Shown piece by piece: positions 37,211-48,571 of a DNA stretch of 64,000 nt; position 1 is the first letter of the stretch, and every line of letters begins with the position of its first letter. Position numbers and translations under genes: made by a program. This stretch comes from Fistulifera solaris (taxonomy: Eukaryota): the NCBI GenBank assembly GCA_030295235.1, contig AP026158.1, forward strand, positions 248,001 through 312,000. The letters run 5' to 3'. The notes beneath the pieces were generated by a model. The model saw only the letters and a program-made list of their open reading frames with translations, made no database searches and had not been told where the DNA came from.

Positions 37211-38216
37211 TTAATATACTCCAAAGTGTTTGCTCAACACGTCACGGATGAATTCTTTTCCTCGTAAGATATCGCCATGTGCCGGTATCACAATCTCCAC
37301 ATCCCAGACATTCAAAACGTGATCGACAATGTCACGATATTCCTTTTTATTTTGAACCATGAATTGATTGTAAAGGGTGCATAAATTTTGTCCATGCCGA
37401 TTTTCCACAGCTTGGATCCAAGAGGTACTTTTTCGACGAGCGGCGCCAGTTCCCACGTATCGTCGCGCCCAAACTGAGAGTTCGGAACCGAATCAGCGGG
37501 ATAATTCCAAAAGAAGTCGGTGGCAATGAGTGTTTTGCTGGGCACGTGATAAAATATGACTTCATTGAAAAGGGCTTGCCTGTGAAAGGGTTTACTTCAC
37601 AATCAATGTGCAAAGCTTGAATGATCGATGTATCCCAGCCTATAACGGATTTATCGTCAAAGGTGGATCCTTTCTTCCAGTTAACAGGGCGGTAGCTGGT
37701 AGGGATCTCCCCCTGTGAATTGTATATTCTCCATTTTATCGGCTAGACCGGGACATCCCCACATTTGGGCATCGGGAAACCCTTGATACCATTGAGATGC
37801 GAATTTTAAATGTTCGTAGTTCGGCGACACAACATATTTCACATTTCCCAGATTCCTTATAAGGCTACCCATAGGACCATCAAGAGATACAGGGGAGTGG
37901 ATCCACAGATCGGGTTTCTCTCCTTTACTAGTTGGCATTTCAATCACCGTCGATCGGCAGCTCACATCGATGTTGTTCCAGTAAAAGGACGATCTGCCGT
38001 GTAAACTCCCTCTGCCACTGGTGTCAACACTGTCGCGGCTCGATTGGACCATCCTGGAGATGCATAACCCGTTGACGGATTGATACGTCGGGATGTTTCG
38101 AGCAGTTGTTGTCGAAGGCCTTCCGAGAGAACCGAGCGGTTGTCAAGCGCCCAGATGGACGCACAAAGAGTTAAGATTATGAGCTCGCAAAATCGCATAA
38201 TTTTAGACCTATACAT
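37211..38216 (-). CDS. DUF4336 (metallo-beta-lactamase-like) protein with signal peptide; several frameshifts
   Basis: LWIHSPV, VKYVVSPNYEH, EV.F.H.PSKTLI.TD, W...IVIPAHGDI. Confidence 0.8.
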
Positions 38217-38581
38217 GCTCTGCAATCAGATTATTTCCTCTGGAGGGTCTTTGACACGTTTTTGTTTCGAATGGGTTCTCTCGACTGAGATCGATCATCG
38301 CATCCGCTTTGCCTTTCGGCTATCGGCTGAACGTAAAACGTGAGTAACGTTTGACGTTTCTTGTTTAAGCTTTTGTCGGAAATATATGGTGCATGCGAAC
38401 GTCATACTCGACCTAGCGGTACAACGAAATGCCCCGAACCCCGAATGATGATGATGATGGCAAAATGAGAAATGAGTCACTCGGCATGTTAAATGTTGTT
38501 GTCCGACCTTGCGTGCATGGAGAAAGATTGAAATAATTGTAGTCATGCCATGAAAACGGTTCAAAAGGAAGTTCATGAACA

Positions 38582-39355
38582 ATGAAAGGTACCGTGGCAG
38601 TCACAGCTTTCTTGATGTTGTCACAATCGGCATACGCGTTTCGGCCAGTGAGTGGGGGATTTCGAACATGCTATCACGCAACTTTGCTCTACTCCTCAGT
38701 GGTAGACACTACTAGTCATGACCCTCCTCCAATTGTATGGAGAGCGAAAACGGATTGTTGGCGACCCGACAAACAGGATGTTGAGCGCATCAGTTGGGGA
38801 AAGCCGGCGAAACAGAAGGGCACTGGAAGCAGAGGTGTTCCTCACCGATTGAACAGTGACGAACGAGTTCTGTTTGAACAGGCTCGTCGTAAAGGCTTTC
38901 TTGAAGTAGTCGGATCGGGCTGGCGATCGGAAAGACGAGAGGCTCCTCTGTTAAATACACACAGGTCTTGGTGTGATGCTAGAGGGCAGGCTTGTCTGAG
39001 GTTGCACAAGGGATTGTCGGGCGCCCTGGATACGTTTGTATTGGATCTTTCGCCATTGCGAACGCCAGAGGATTTTGAATCGATTGCAGAGATGATTTTG
39101 AAAGAACTGGAAGGAGGAAAGGTGTACTTTCAGGAGGATCTGCTTGAAACACCGGATGCATGGGAGTTGCAGCCAATCTATCGTCTACCACCGTTTCGAA
39201 TTGAGTGGGAACTATCTAGAACTGAAGCAAAGACGTTAGGAAAGACAATGGCGGGATGGTTCGATACTGTTGAAGGGAATATTGCAGCGTCGAAGAAGCC
39301 GGTGGGAGTGAAGCATGGCAAAGGCCGACGACACGGAGGATATGGGATAGGATAG
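38582..39355 (+). CDS. Conserved hypothetical protein, predicted plastid-targeted
   Basis: Signal peptide ending AYA-FRP; intact 257-aa ORF containing GTGSRGVPHRLN. Confidence 0.7.
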   Translation: MKGTVAVTAFLMLSQSAYAFRPVSGGFRTCYHATLLYSSVVDTTSHDPPPIVWRAKTDCWRPDKQDVERISWGKPAKQKGTGSRGVPHRLNSDERVLFEQARRKGFLEVVGSGWRSERREAPLLNTHRSWCDARGQACLRLHKGLSGALDTFVLDLSPLRTPEDFESIAEMILKELEGGKVYFQEDLLETPDAWELQPIYRLPPFRIEWELSRTEAKTLGKTMAGWFDTVEGNIAASKKPVGVKHGKGRRHGGYGIG

Positions 39356-40680
39356 AGCAAGGCAAGGTGGAATTGAAAAGGTGATCACTTCAGTGACATT
39401 TTGGCAGTCGCCTTTACGAATACATGAAGCGTCCTGATGATCGAGGTGATACGGGCCATTGTCTTCCATAATGATAATGCCAAGTTTTGGTAGATACAAA
39501 AATTACTAGATCGAAAACGACTTATCCGTCGCGAAGTGAACAACACAGATGAAAAGCTCACTTTCTTTCATACAATTATCTGAACAAACATATTAGTAGA
39601 ACCGTAACGCAAAGGACTTTCTCCCTAAGAAAAATAGCTTCTTTGCAACACTAAACATATCTGGGTTTAGACTTCCGCAATTAAATCTCACCAAATGTAA
39701 TGTCCGTAACTCTTCGACGACGCTCTATTCATCCAGTTGAAACCGTCTGGGTTTGTTTCTCTTACTTCAGGTTCGACGCGCTGAGTTTCAATCACACTGT
39801 ATGATACTCGAACAGCCTCGGTAACCTTATCTTCTGCGTCTTCAGGGATAATGCTAGTTTGATACGTTCGTCTGCGTGCAAAATCTCCTCTGATATTCAT
39901 TTCGAGAGTTTAGTAACAGGTGATCTGGTGCGATTCCTTTACTGCTCGAAGCTCACTTACCCTTTCATCGTATTGTACACGAAGAACGGTGTCGCCTGAC
40001 AAAGGCCAAAAAGAGACAGTGGTAGTATGGCGTGCCTTCGCATCGTAGTTTTGTGCAGTAACTTTCAAATCAAATGAGCTGAACAGAGCGGAGACCGAGC
40101 GCGCTAATCTGAGGAATCGAATCTTTTCACGAGGACGAAAATGAGAAAGAGAAAAAGAATGAAAATGCGAGATGCGAATGTTCGATTCGAGGGTACCAGG
40201 TATCTTCGTGTTGAAAGCGTGCGAGGACAAGGCTACGTAAGCGTGCCCCTTAAGTTACTCCCAGTATAGGTTTTGAAGTAGAAATAATACTCATCCACCC
40301 GAAAATCGGAAGCCTCTAGGGGCTGGCCGTACTTTCGGCTCTACAGCAACTCTACGTAGAATTCTTTATGCAAGTGACAGATGACAGATGACACCAGACA
40401 TTTTCTTGTCCAACATGCGGACACCGAACCTTTCGCTCACCGTCGCGCAAGCGCATATATTGCTAGGGTGAAGCTTCCGAGCCCTTAGATTATTTCTTAC
40501 AATCCATCATGAAAATAATGTACCGGTATCTGTTACTGATTGGAAGGATTTCTAAGTCTGAACCACCATATATTTCAAGAGCTGAGAGACTAGTTGCAAT
40601 CTTAATTTATTTGCGGAGTACTACATGAGATTAGACTACTCATCGTAGTTTCTATGTTGGGTTAAAAAGTTCATTGGTTG

Positions 40681-41687
40681 CTATGCGAATGAAGTTTTCC
40701 ATACTTGGGGAGCTCCCGCCGCTTTCAGAGCATCCGCAACCGCATCTTGAATTTCCGGAGTCGGCGTGAGGGCTAGCATTAAGCCACCTCGACCTGTTCC
40801 ACTCATCTTGGCTCCAGCTGCGCCTGCTAGTCTGGCTGCTTCAACCAAACGGTCAAGCTCTGGGCAACTTACCGTAAGCTGTTGGCATAACTCATGGTTC
40901 TCATTCATTAGTTGCCCTATCTCGGCAATAACCCCCGCATTTAGAGCCAACTCCGCTTTTTGCACTAGCGCAATATATTTCTGAAGAAGCGCTTCAAACC
41001 AAAGAGGATCGCTTTCTTTTTTCGCTTGAATGTCACCTACAACTGCAGTCGTACTGCTGGTTATTCCGGTACTTGCGTAAACGATAAGCATACGCGTTAC
41101 AATCGCCTTTCTCTCGAAAATTGGTTCGCCATCCGTCCTTTGAAATTTCAAGATACCTCCAAAGGTTGCTGCCGTATTATCTATACCAGAGGGTGTGCCA
41201 TGGTACCCCTTCTCGCCCTCGTACCCAGCAGCGTTGATTTCATTTTCACTCATAGGCCGTTTCAGAGCTTGCGAGAGAGCTCGGGCGAGCGACACTACTT
41301 GCGCCGCCGATGCCCCAATTCCGGAAGCGCAGCACAAATCTCCTCCAAACGTTAGTTTGAAGCCTTCTTGCTTAAATCAAGACCAAAGTGATCAAAAACA
41401 AGCCGTAATGCTGCATCGGCTTCCGCTGCTTTCGTCACTTTGTAGTCAGGTACTGCGGGTCGATTGTCCACGACAACCAATCCTGGTTCGCATAAACGCT
41501 CACATTCACAATCGGTGTATGCAGCCACAGCACCTACAAGAGCTGGGACTTTGTAGACGACAAAATGTTCTCCAAACAAAATCAATTTACCAAAAGCTCG
41601 TGTTTCTGCTAGTATACGCTGCCCAATTCGCTCATGTTGCTGACGCTTGTCTTCGACGGATAGCTGCTCGGTGTCAGTTCCTTCCAT
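40681..41687 (-). CDS. MVK: Mevalonate kinase (GHMP family); frameshift near 41355
   Basis: GKLILFGEHFVVY, SGIGASAA, HGTPSGIDN, GAKMSGTGRGG. Confidence 0.9.
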
Positions 41688-42145
41688 CCTTTCTTTCAGC
41701 AAAAAACGATTTTTAAGTCTATGAAACAATTATTCTGCGTGAAAGGACGAACTAGCAAGTAATTGAACCGCTAAAGTAAAAAGTACCGAGTATGAAAAAA
41801 AAATATCGGGTCCACGAGCGAAAAGGGTGGGAAAAACGAATGTCTCCGTCTCCCTCCTTGGCGCGAACGGAAACATTAACGCTTCAACGGAAGCATTCAC
41901 CCAGCCCGCGCTTCTTTACATAGCCGACTGCGGATACCGGTGCGATTCCATAAGTCTTACTACGTGAGCTTATGATTATTTATGAACCTTTTCAGTGCTT
42001 CTTCCATGACGTTTCTTGGTGACTCATTCATTTCGAGACAACGACTCCAATGTGCAATCTGCAATCCTCTGCATGATGTGATTGTGTGCGATGAATACGC
42101 ACTACAAACTCACTACCTCCTAGCTTTCCTATTCTTTTGCTTACC

Positions 42146-43243
42146 ATGCCCGAGCTTCCAGAAGTTGAGTGCTTTCGCCGTATGCTTCTCCCTTTGGTGA
42201 GGACGAAGGACGTTCTTCATTTAGAACTGGTCGGTGGCAATCCATCTCGAAAATTCCTTTCTCCTGAACAAGTGGAGCAAATCAATCAGTCTTCTTTGTA
42301 CGTGCAAGAGATCAAGCGACGCGGAAAGCAGATATGTTTATACCTTGGCAAACCGAACGGACTTCCTTGTCAATTTTTGTTTGTTCACATGGGCATGACA
42401 GGACGTATCACAACACCAAACAAAGCCCCCAGTTCGGACATTTCTCGAACATGTCAGGAGAAGAGGGTGAACAAGTTTATCAAAATAGTCAATCTGAGTA
42501 TCCACCGCTCTATACGTATCTTACATTCCGTGCAGGCGATGTTCATGCAGCATTTTCAGATCCACGAAAGTTTGGGAGCACCTATCTTGCAGAAAATGAC
42601 GACGAGCTGCACCTGTTAGCGCCCGACGCGCTGGAGGAAACATTTGATCTGATGAACCTTTGTAATAAGCAACTGGGTGTCAAGGCGCTGCTCTTGGACC
42701 AGAAACGCGTAGTCAGTGGCGTTGGGAATTGGGTAGCAGATGAAATCCTCTACCAAACAGAGATACATCCTCTTCAAACATATCTAACGGAAGCTCAAGC
42801 ACTAGCCATTCAAAATGCTCTCCCAAAGCTTTTGCGAACTGCGGTAGAGTGTCTCGATCAATGTACAAATTACCCGGGACATTGGCTGTTTCATTTCCGG
42901 TGGGCAAAGGCAAAAATGCCGTCGCGAAAGATTCCCTTGGGCGACAAATACAGTTTCTGACTGCCGGGGGTCGTACTTCGGCTATTATTCCTTCTATACA
43001 AAAACTAAGGAAATCCCAGGGCAAAAAGAATTATCTATTGTTACGTCAAGAAAGAGAGAAACGAAGTCTCAACTTATCAAGTCGAATGTTTCGCCCGTGA
43101 AACAAAAGATAAGCGCAAAGAAAAAAACTGTTATGACTAAGATTCGTGAAAAGGAAGAGAATAGAGACACATTAAAATTATCTGTCCGTGAAAGTCGAAG
43201 GCGGAGTCCCCGACTAAACACGACAACTTTGCCAATAATTTAA
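42146..43243 (+). CDS. Formamidopyrimidine-DNA glycosylase (Fpg/MutM, plant/fungal-type) with basic tail; frameshifts near 42420, 42915 and 43025
   Basis: MPELPEVE, RRGK, HMGMTG, DPRKFG, KALLLDQ..VSGVGNWVADEIL, GGRTSA. End coordinate is approximate. Confidence 0.88.
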
Positions 43244-43671
43244 AATTGGATGTTGTTTTGTATGATTGCATGTGTTGATTGTATTATTTTAAGATAATCG
43301 TGTTTTTGTCATCGTACTTCAGTAGGGGAGCTCTTGAAATCTTGGAACGTAGTATTACGCGTGACTCGTCAAACACGAGCACGAGTGGCATCCCACAAAG
43401 AAAACAAAGATAGACGTACGTCATACCGGCAACAAACATTGTACTTTACGAATGACGGAGAGTGACGCGGACTGCATATTATTTTCAAGGTTCAAGATGT
43501 CAGTTTTTGATGGCCGCTCTCGGAAAAATAATGCGAGCGAAAACGAGAAGTAAAACTGGCAGGTTTCCAAAAACATGGGCTATCGGATCAAGATGAGCAA
43601 AACATCGCTATTTTGCGCTCTCTACATCGTTGACTCTTGCATTCTCATCCCTTCCGACGGACGACAACAGT

Positions 43672-44740
43672 ATGACATTGCCACTTGACCGAAATGTTCA
43701 ACGACCCTCAAATGAATACGTGCTCGTGAGTAAAAAATTTGGAATTGTACTCCTCAATGACTATTCGGTCATACTGACAGTGCACATTGCATGTTGTTAC
43801 AGAATGTAGCTTTCTTATCGTTCTTAGCGTTTACAACGTTGCAGCTCTTTTTTGCTGTCATTGCGAAATCTCACGCAATGATGGAAGACTGTATAGGTGA
43901 GTGAATTTGGCGGTAGCGCAACCGAAGCTCGATTTTCTTACCTTCCATGCCAAAACAGCCATGTTTGTTGATGTCATCACATATCTCTTCAATTTTCTTG
44001 CGGAGCGCTTGAAACACAAAGTTTCGGAAGGCAATTTCAACGACTCCGGGAGCGGGCGCTTGTATCGATTGTATCTTGAATTGATTCCGCCGTTTCTAAG
44101 TGTCGTAACATTATTGATTGTAACAATACTCGGGTTAAAAACCGCTATCAAAACATTGCGCGAAGCTCCTAAAGACCAGGGATCTCAGCCGGATATCACC
44201 ATAATGCTTTGGTTCTCGGGGCTGAATTTACTGTTGGACTTCCTTAATGTAACTTGCTTTGCCAGAGTTGATCAAGCGATCGGCATATCTCAACTACAGA
44301 ATCAGTTTAATCTTTTCCGCTCGCAACGCGATGAGAGCTCGGAAATGATAGCTACAGAAGCTACGGAGCTTTTGGCTAAGGGTCGTCAACACAATGGATG
44401 TACGACTTGTGACGAAGACGAGATGAGCGTATCATCAGATGACACTGAAGCAAAAGGAGGTCTCAACTTGAACATGTGCTCAGCCTGGACACACATTTGC
44501 GCCGACACACTTCGAAGTCTGGCTGTACTAGTGGCCGCCAGCTTTGCAGCAATATGCCCGAAGATCATTACTCCCGCAGATGCGGATTCATGGGGGTCGA
44601 TCGTCGTCTCCATTGTTATTTTAGCAAGTCTTGTTCCATTGTTTGAGGGTCTCTACATAACGGCATGTAAGATTGGCGATGTATGGCAATCAAACTCAAA
44701 GCACCGCACTAAGAGAGCAGTCACACATTTAACAGTTTAA
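43672..44740 (+). CDS. Cation diffusion facilitator (CDF/ZnT) family transporter A; introns about 43726-43802 and 43897-43958
   Basis: S.AM..D..AMFVD..TY.FN..AE and NLNMCSAWTHICADTLRS..VL.A motifs; paralogous to 55436-56482. Confidence 0.82.
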
Positions 44741-44799
44741 TAGAGAACTATACTACCCATGTGTGGTGTGGTGCATGTTGGGTGCATCACATTACCGGC

Positions 44800-45250
44800 G
44801 CCGTCTACGTCTGACACGGCGTTGTAGGAATGTTCTTATGTCTGTTTGTCTCAGGCTGTTTCGTTGCTTCCATCTGGTGTGACTCCGATGGATATTGTCC
44901 CTATTTTGTTCGATATCCACGTTTGTTTTCATCCCTCGTCCAATGGTTTAGCGAATGGGTATCGGATTGTGCAATGCGGAATGAGAGCATAGAGATTTTG
45001 GGCTGTATGTTGTGCTTGTCTTCGAGCCGTTCGTTTCGCGGCAGTTTCCGTGTGTTCATGGTGAAGCGTCGTGCGACTTGTCCAAGCTAATAGTGTCTGT
45101 TGGATGATAAAGTGCATGAGATTCTTCGTAAACCAAGTCCGATCAAGTACTTCGTGTTCAGCGTAATGCTTATCGATCATGTTTTCCCACTATGTGGGGA
45201 TAATGCCGCAAGGGATCAGTCGGACTGGTATTTATGAAAGGGGTCGTGCA
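44800..45250 (-). mobile_element. Possible decayed 3' end of a non-LTR retroelement ORF
   Basis: Broken reading frame (..LLAWTSR..LH..LYAL...RYPFAKPL..TWI..) ending in QTDIRTFL, resembling from memory the C-termini of diatom LINE-like ORFs. Lies at the edge of an AT-rich gene-free tract. Confidence 0.3.
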
Positions 45251-46894
45251 TCTGGGTAGTGCCTTATATAGAGACAGTGTGATATATCCCGTGCAACCCT
45301 ACATCACGGAAGCAATAGGCTGTAGACCGAAAAGCAAATAAAATAATCATTATCATGCGATTAATCCCCGTCGGGAACAATCGTATGGTACTCTCATCTA
45401 ATTTATTTGTCGAGCGGGTGATCCTTAAAAAAGGATAATGATCGGTAAAACTTTTAGCTTCTGCTTGCACGATTAACTTTCGAAAGACAATTTTATGTGT
45501 CAATGTAAGAATTGAATCGTTATACATCTGCTCATTGGTCCATATCTTAAAACAAAGAAAATGATTGTCAACGGTGGACTTTCTGCCATGAAAAATATAA
45601 AGAATAAGTCTTCATTTGACCAGATCATTGACTGATACGCTTTGTTTCATGCAACCAATTGTCTTTTGCCTTTCTTCCATTAGACGATCATCGCAAATAT
45701 AGCATAAATTTAAATTAAATTTGCATTGTTCTCCTGTTGTAATTGGCAGAGAGATCTAGGTTGGGGTTAGGTTTCATCAATTTTGTGATTAAGGAAAGCG
45801 TCCGCCCAAGTTTACCTTTGATTCATTGTGTTCGCCTCGACACTGACCGTTAATTTTACTATTTTTTACTAAAAAGACTACCAGGCCAAAAATACCATCT
45901 GCTCCAAAGTCTACCGTTAAGAAATAAAACACGACTCCTAAATAGGCATATTATGCTAATTGATTCCAAGCATCGTTCAAAGCTGATCTAGCGTCCAAAC
46001 TGAGTTTCCTACTCAACGCTTAGATAACTATTTCTTTCAGAGAACGTCAATGTTGTTACAAAATAAGCTATCCGAATGCTAGTTAATTATTTTCTGTCAT
46101 CCAAGCTAGTTAAGTGGTTGAGAATTCAAGAGAAAAATGGCGCTCCTCGGAAGTAGATCGACAATCGACAAAAGTATCATATGATTTGTTTTACCAAGAA
46201 GGAAGAATGATTAAACATGGCAAATTTAATTGTAGAGAGAAAGAGCGTTCGAGATAAGTTATTGTATTCTACTTATTAAAAAATTGCAAACTTTCGTATG
46301 TATAATTTAATCTTTTGCTGTATTTCCGCAGGACAGTTGCATCTCTTTGCTTTGAGCCAAGGACTTGGACGAACGCTTTTTCTAAAATCATGCAAAATTC
46401 CAAAGCACAGAGCCTTTAAAAGGAACATACTCAAAACGCTAACGGGCCTGGAGGGCATATTTCGGTTTAAGACGTTTAAACATCAGATTTTAAATGCAGG
46501 TTGTAGAACCAGTATGCTTAAATAAAAGTGAATAGTTTTAGGAAGCAATCTTAATGACGCATAAATATAAGCGAATTTGAAACTTGATGGCGGATTAGAC
46601 TTTATTTAGACGTCCATTATGGCTAATTTGAGTGTTATTTAAAAAGCCACGCTTTCGTAAGTTGAAAAGTTACCATAATTGATATAGTCCGACTACTTTT
46701 TGTGTCAACAGTTGTTCTACTTACCATTCATTATTGTGAAGGTATGGCAACGATGATACAAAGACAACGGTTCACGGGTATGGTTTCAAGAATAAAGATA
46801 GTAAAATAGTTGGGCAGTCTTTCGTCAAAATAGGTATTGCGATAAGTATAAATCTATTTTAACTGAGAATAAACCTAATAGTGAAACAGAATTC

Positions 46895-47522
46895 ACGCGA
46901 TTGTTGATCACGAGGAGAAGATAAGATCCTACGACTGTCTACGTCGCCGAAAAGACTTTGTTCACCGCCACTGCTGAATTGACCGCAAGTGCACATTTTA
47001 TCCTGCGCAAACTTGAGTTGTCCAAATCTACAAGTTTCAGGATACGAGCTATTGGATACATGGGAGCTTTTGAGTCAAGTTGAAGTCATTCCAGGCATGA
47101 CAGATTGCACCGCCGCGTTTATGGCAACAGGCTATGGCCAAGCTTTTGTGTTTGAGAAAGCTGCCATGAAAATGTATGCAATCGATGCAATTGAGCTTTT
47201 ACACAGCATTCACGGGGAAGTCACAGCAACAGCCCGGACAGATTTCACGACTAGTCTTATAGTATCAACCACCGATTTAACGTTCATGCCCAACTCTGCT
47301 GCTGTATCTGGTGCACCGGTTGGCTATGCATGCGTTGCGGAAGAACATCATGATCACTCGGCGCCCGCTGCAGCCCCGACGGCATCTGGTGACGATGCTC
47401 CCACGACACCTGAAAACAGTGCTCCTGTGGCCAGCAGAAGCAACAGCGACGAATCATTCGCAAGCCACGTCGGGGCAGGGATGTTCGTGTTGGCGCTCTG
47501 CGTTGTAGCCATGAATATCTGA
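46895..47522 (+). pseudogene. 5'-degraded copy of the AztD-like gene (old diverged fragments plus near-identical 3' part)
   Basis: 46899-46922 and 46934-47004 are diverged matches to about 48968-48990 and 49049-49123. 47015-47522 is near-identical to 49661-50154 except for a 14-nt insertion. Confidence 0.85.
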
Positions 47523-48477
47523 TTTAACAATTTTATTTCGTAGTGTTGAAAAATTGCATACAATTTATGTAGTACTTCATAGTTGTTTGGTCTCGCGTTG
47601 TTGACGTTTATTCCCACAAGGCTTTAACTTCTATGATCGTTGTGCAGCAGATAGGCCTTTAGCCACTTAATGATAGTTGGTAGTTATGAACTGTAAATAA
47701 TAAAAATAGATTATACGCTGTCACATTCACATTTCAGGTGTTACAGCAACATGTCGCGCCGCGTGTCCAAATTATTTTATGGGCAAGTTTGAAGCCGAGA
47801 GTTAAATCAAAAGCCGGCACTGGCCTTTTCAAGGCTCATGTTGTTGGCCTAATTTGTGTGCGCACGAGAAGTTGTTTGCTGTCGTGGCCATTCTGAATTC
47901 CAATGCGTTGCGGAAGAACATCATGATCACTCGGCGCCCGCTGCAGCCCCGACGGCATCTGGTGACGATGCTCCCACCACACCTGAAAACAGTGCTCCTG
48001 TGGCCAGCAGAAGCAACAGCGACGAATCATTCGCAAGCCACGTCGGGGCAGGGATGTTCGTGTTGGCGCTCTGCGTTGTAGCCATGAAGATCTGATTTAA
48101 CAATTTTATTTCGTAGTGTTGAAAAATTGCATACAATTTATGTAGCACTTCATAATTGTTTGGTCTCGCGTTGTTGACGTTTATTCCCACAAGGCTTTAA
48201 CTTCTATGATCGTTGTGCAGCAGATAGGCCTTTAGCCACTTAATGATAGTTGGTAGTTATGAACTGTAAATAATAAAAATAGATTATACGCTGTCACATT
48301 CACATTTCAGGTGTTACAGCAACATGTCACGCCGCGTGTCCAAATTATTTTATGGGCAAGTTTGAAGCCGAGAGTTAAATCAAAAGCCGGCACTGGCCTT
48401 TTCAAGGCTCATGTTGTTGGCCTAATTTGTGTGCGCACGAGAAGTTGTTTGCTGTCGTGGCCATTCTGAATTCCAAT
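47332..48477 (+). repeat. Tandem direct repeat, 2 x 573 bp (3' end of AztD-like CDS plus intergenic/promoter)
   Basis: 47332-47904 matches 47905-48477 with about 5 substitutions; the CDS part recurs at 49964-50154. Confidence 0.95.
48329..48341 (+). promoter_or_regulatory. Candidate iron/metal-responsive element ACGCCGCGTGTCC
   Basis: Matches the consensus A(A/C)G(G/C)CGC(A/G)TG recalled for Phaeodactylum low-iron promoters; about 240 nt upstream of ATG 48572. Confidence 0.35.
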
Positions 48478-48571
48478 CTGAAAGCCTACGAAAACACAAC
48501 AGAAGGCAAGATTGTATCACTTTTCTCAGTGTTTATTATTTTCATGCTAAAGCAGGAAAAACATCTTGACC

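Noticed and set aside
30607..41687. menA plus mevalonate kinase as an isoprenoid-quinone cluster
   Set aside because: They are 9 kb apart with several unrelated genes between, and there is no evidence of functional linkage.
47332..48477. CRISPR array or LTR pair
   Set aside because: The units are adjacent 573-bp copies of gene sequence with no spacers, no TG..CA ends and no internal element.
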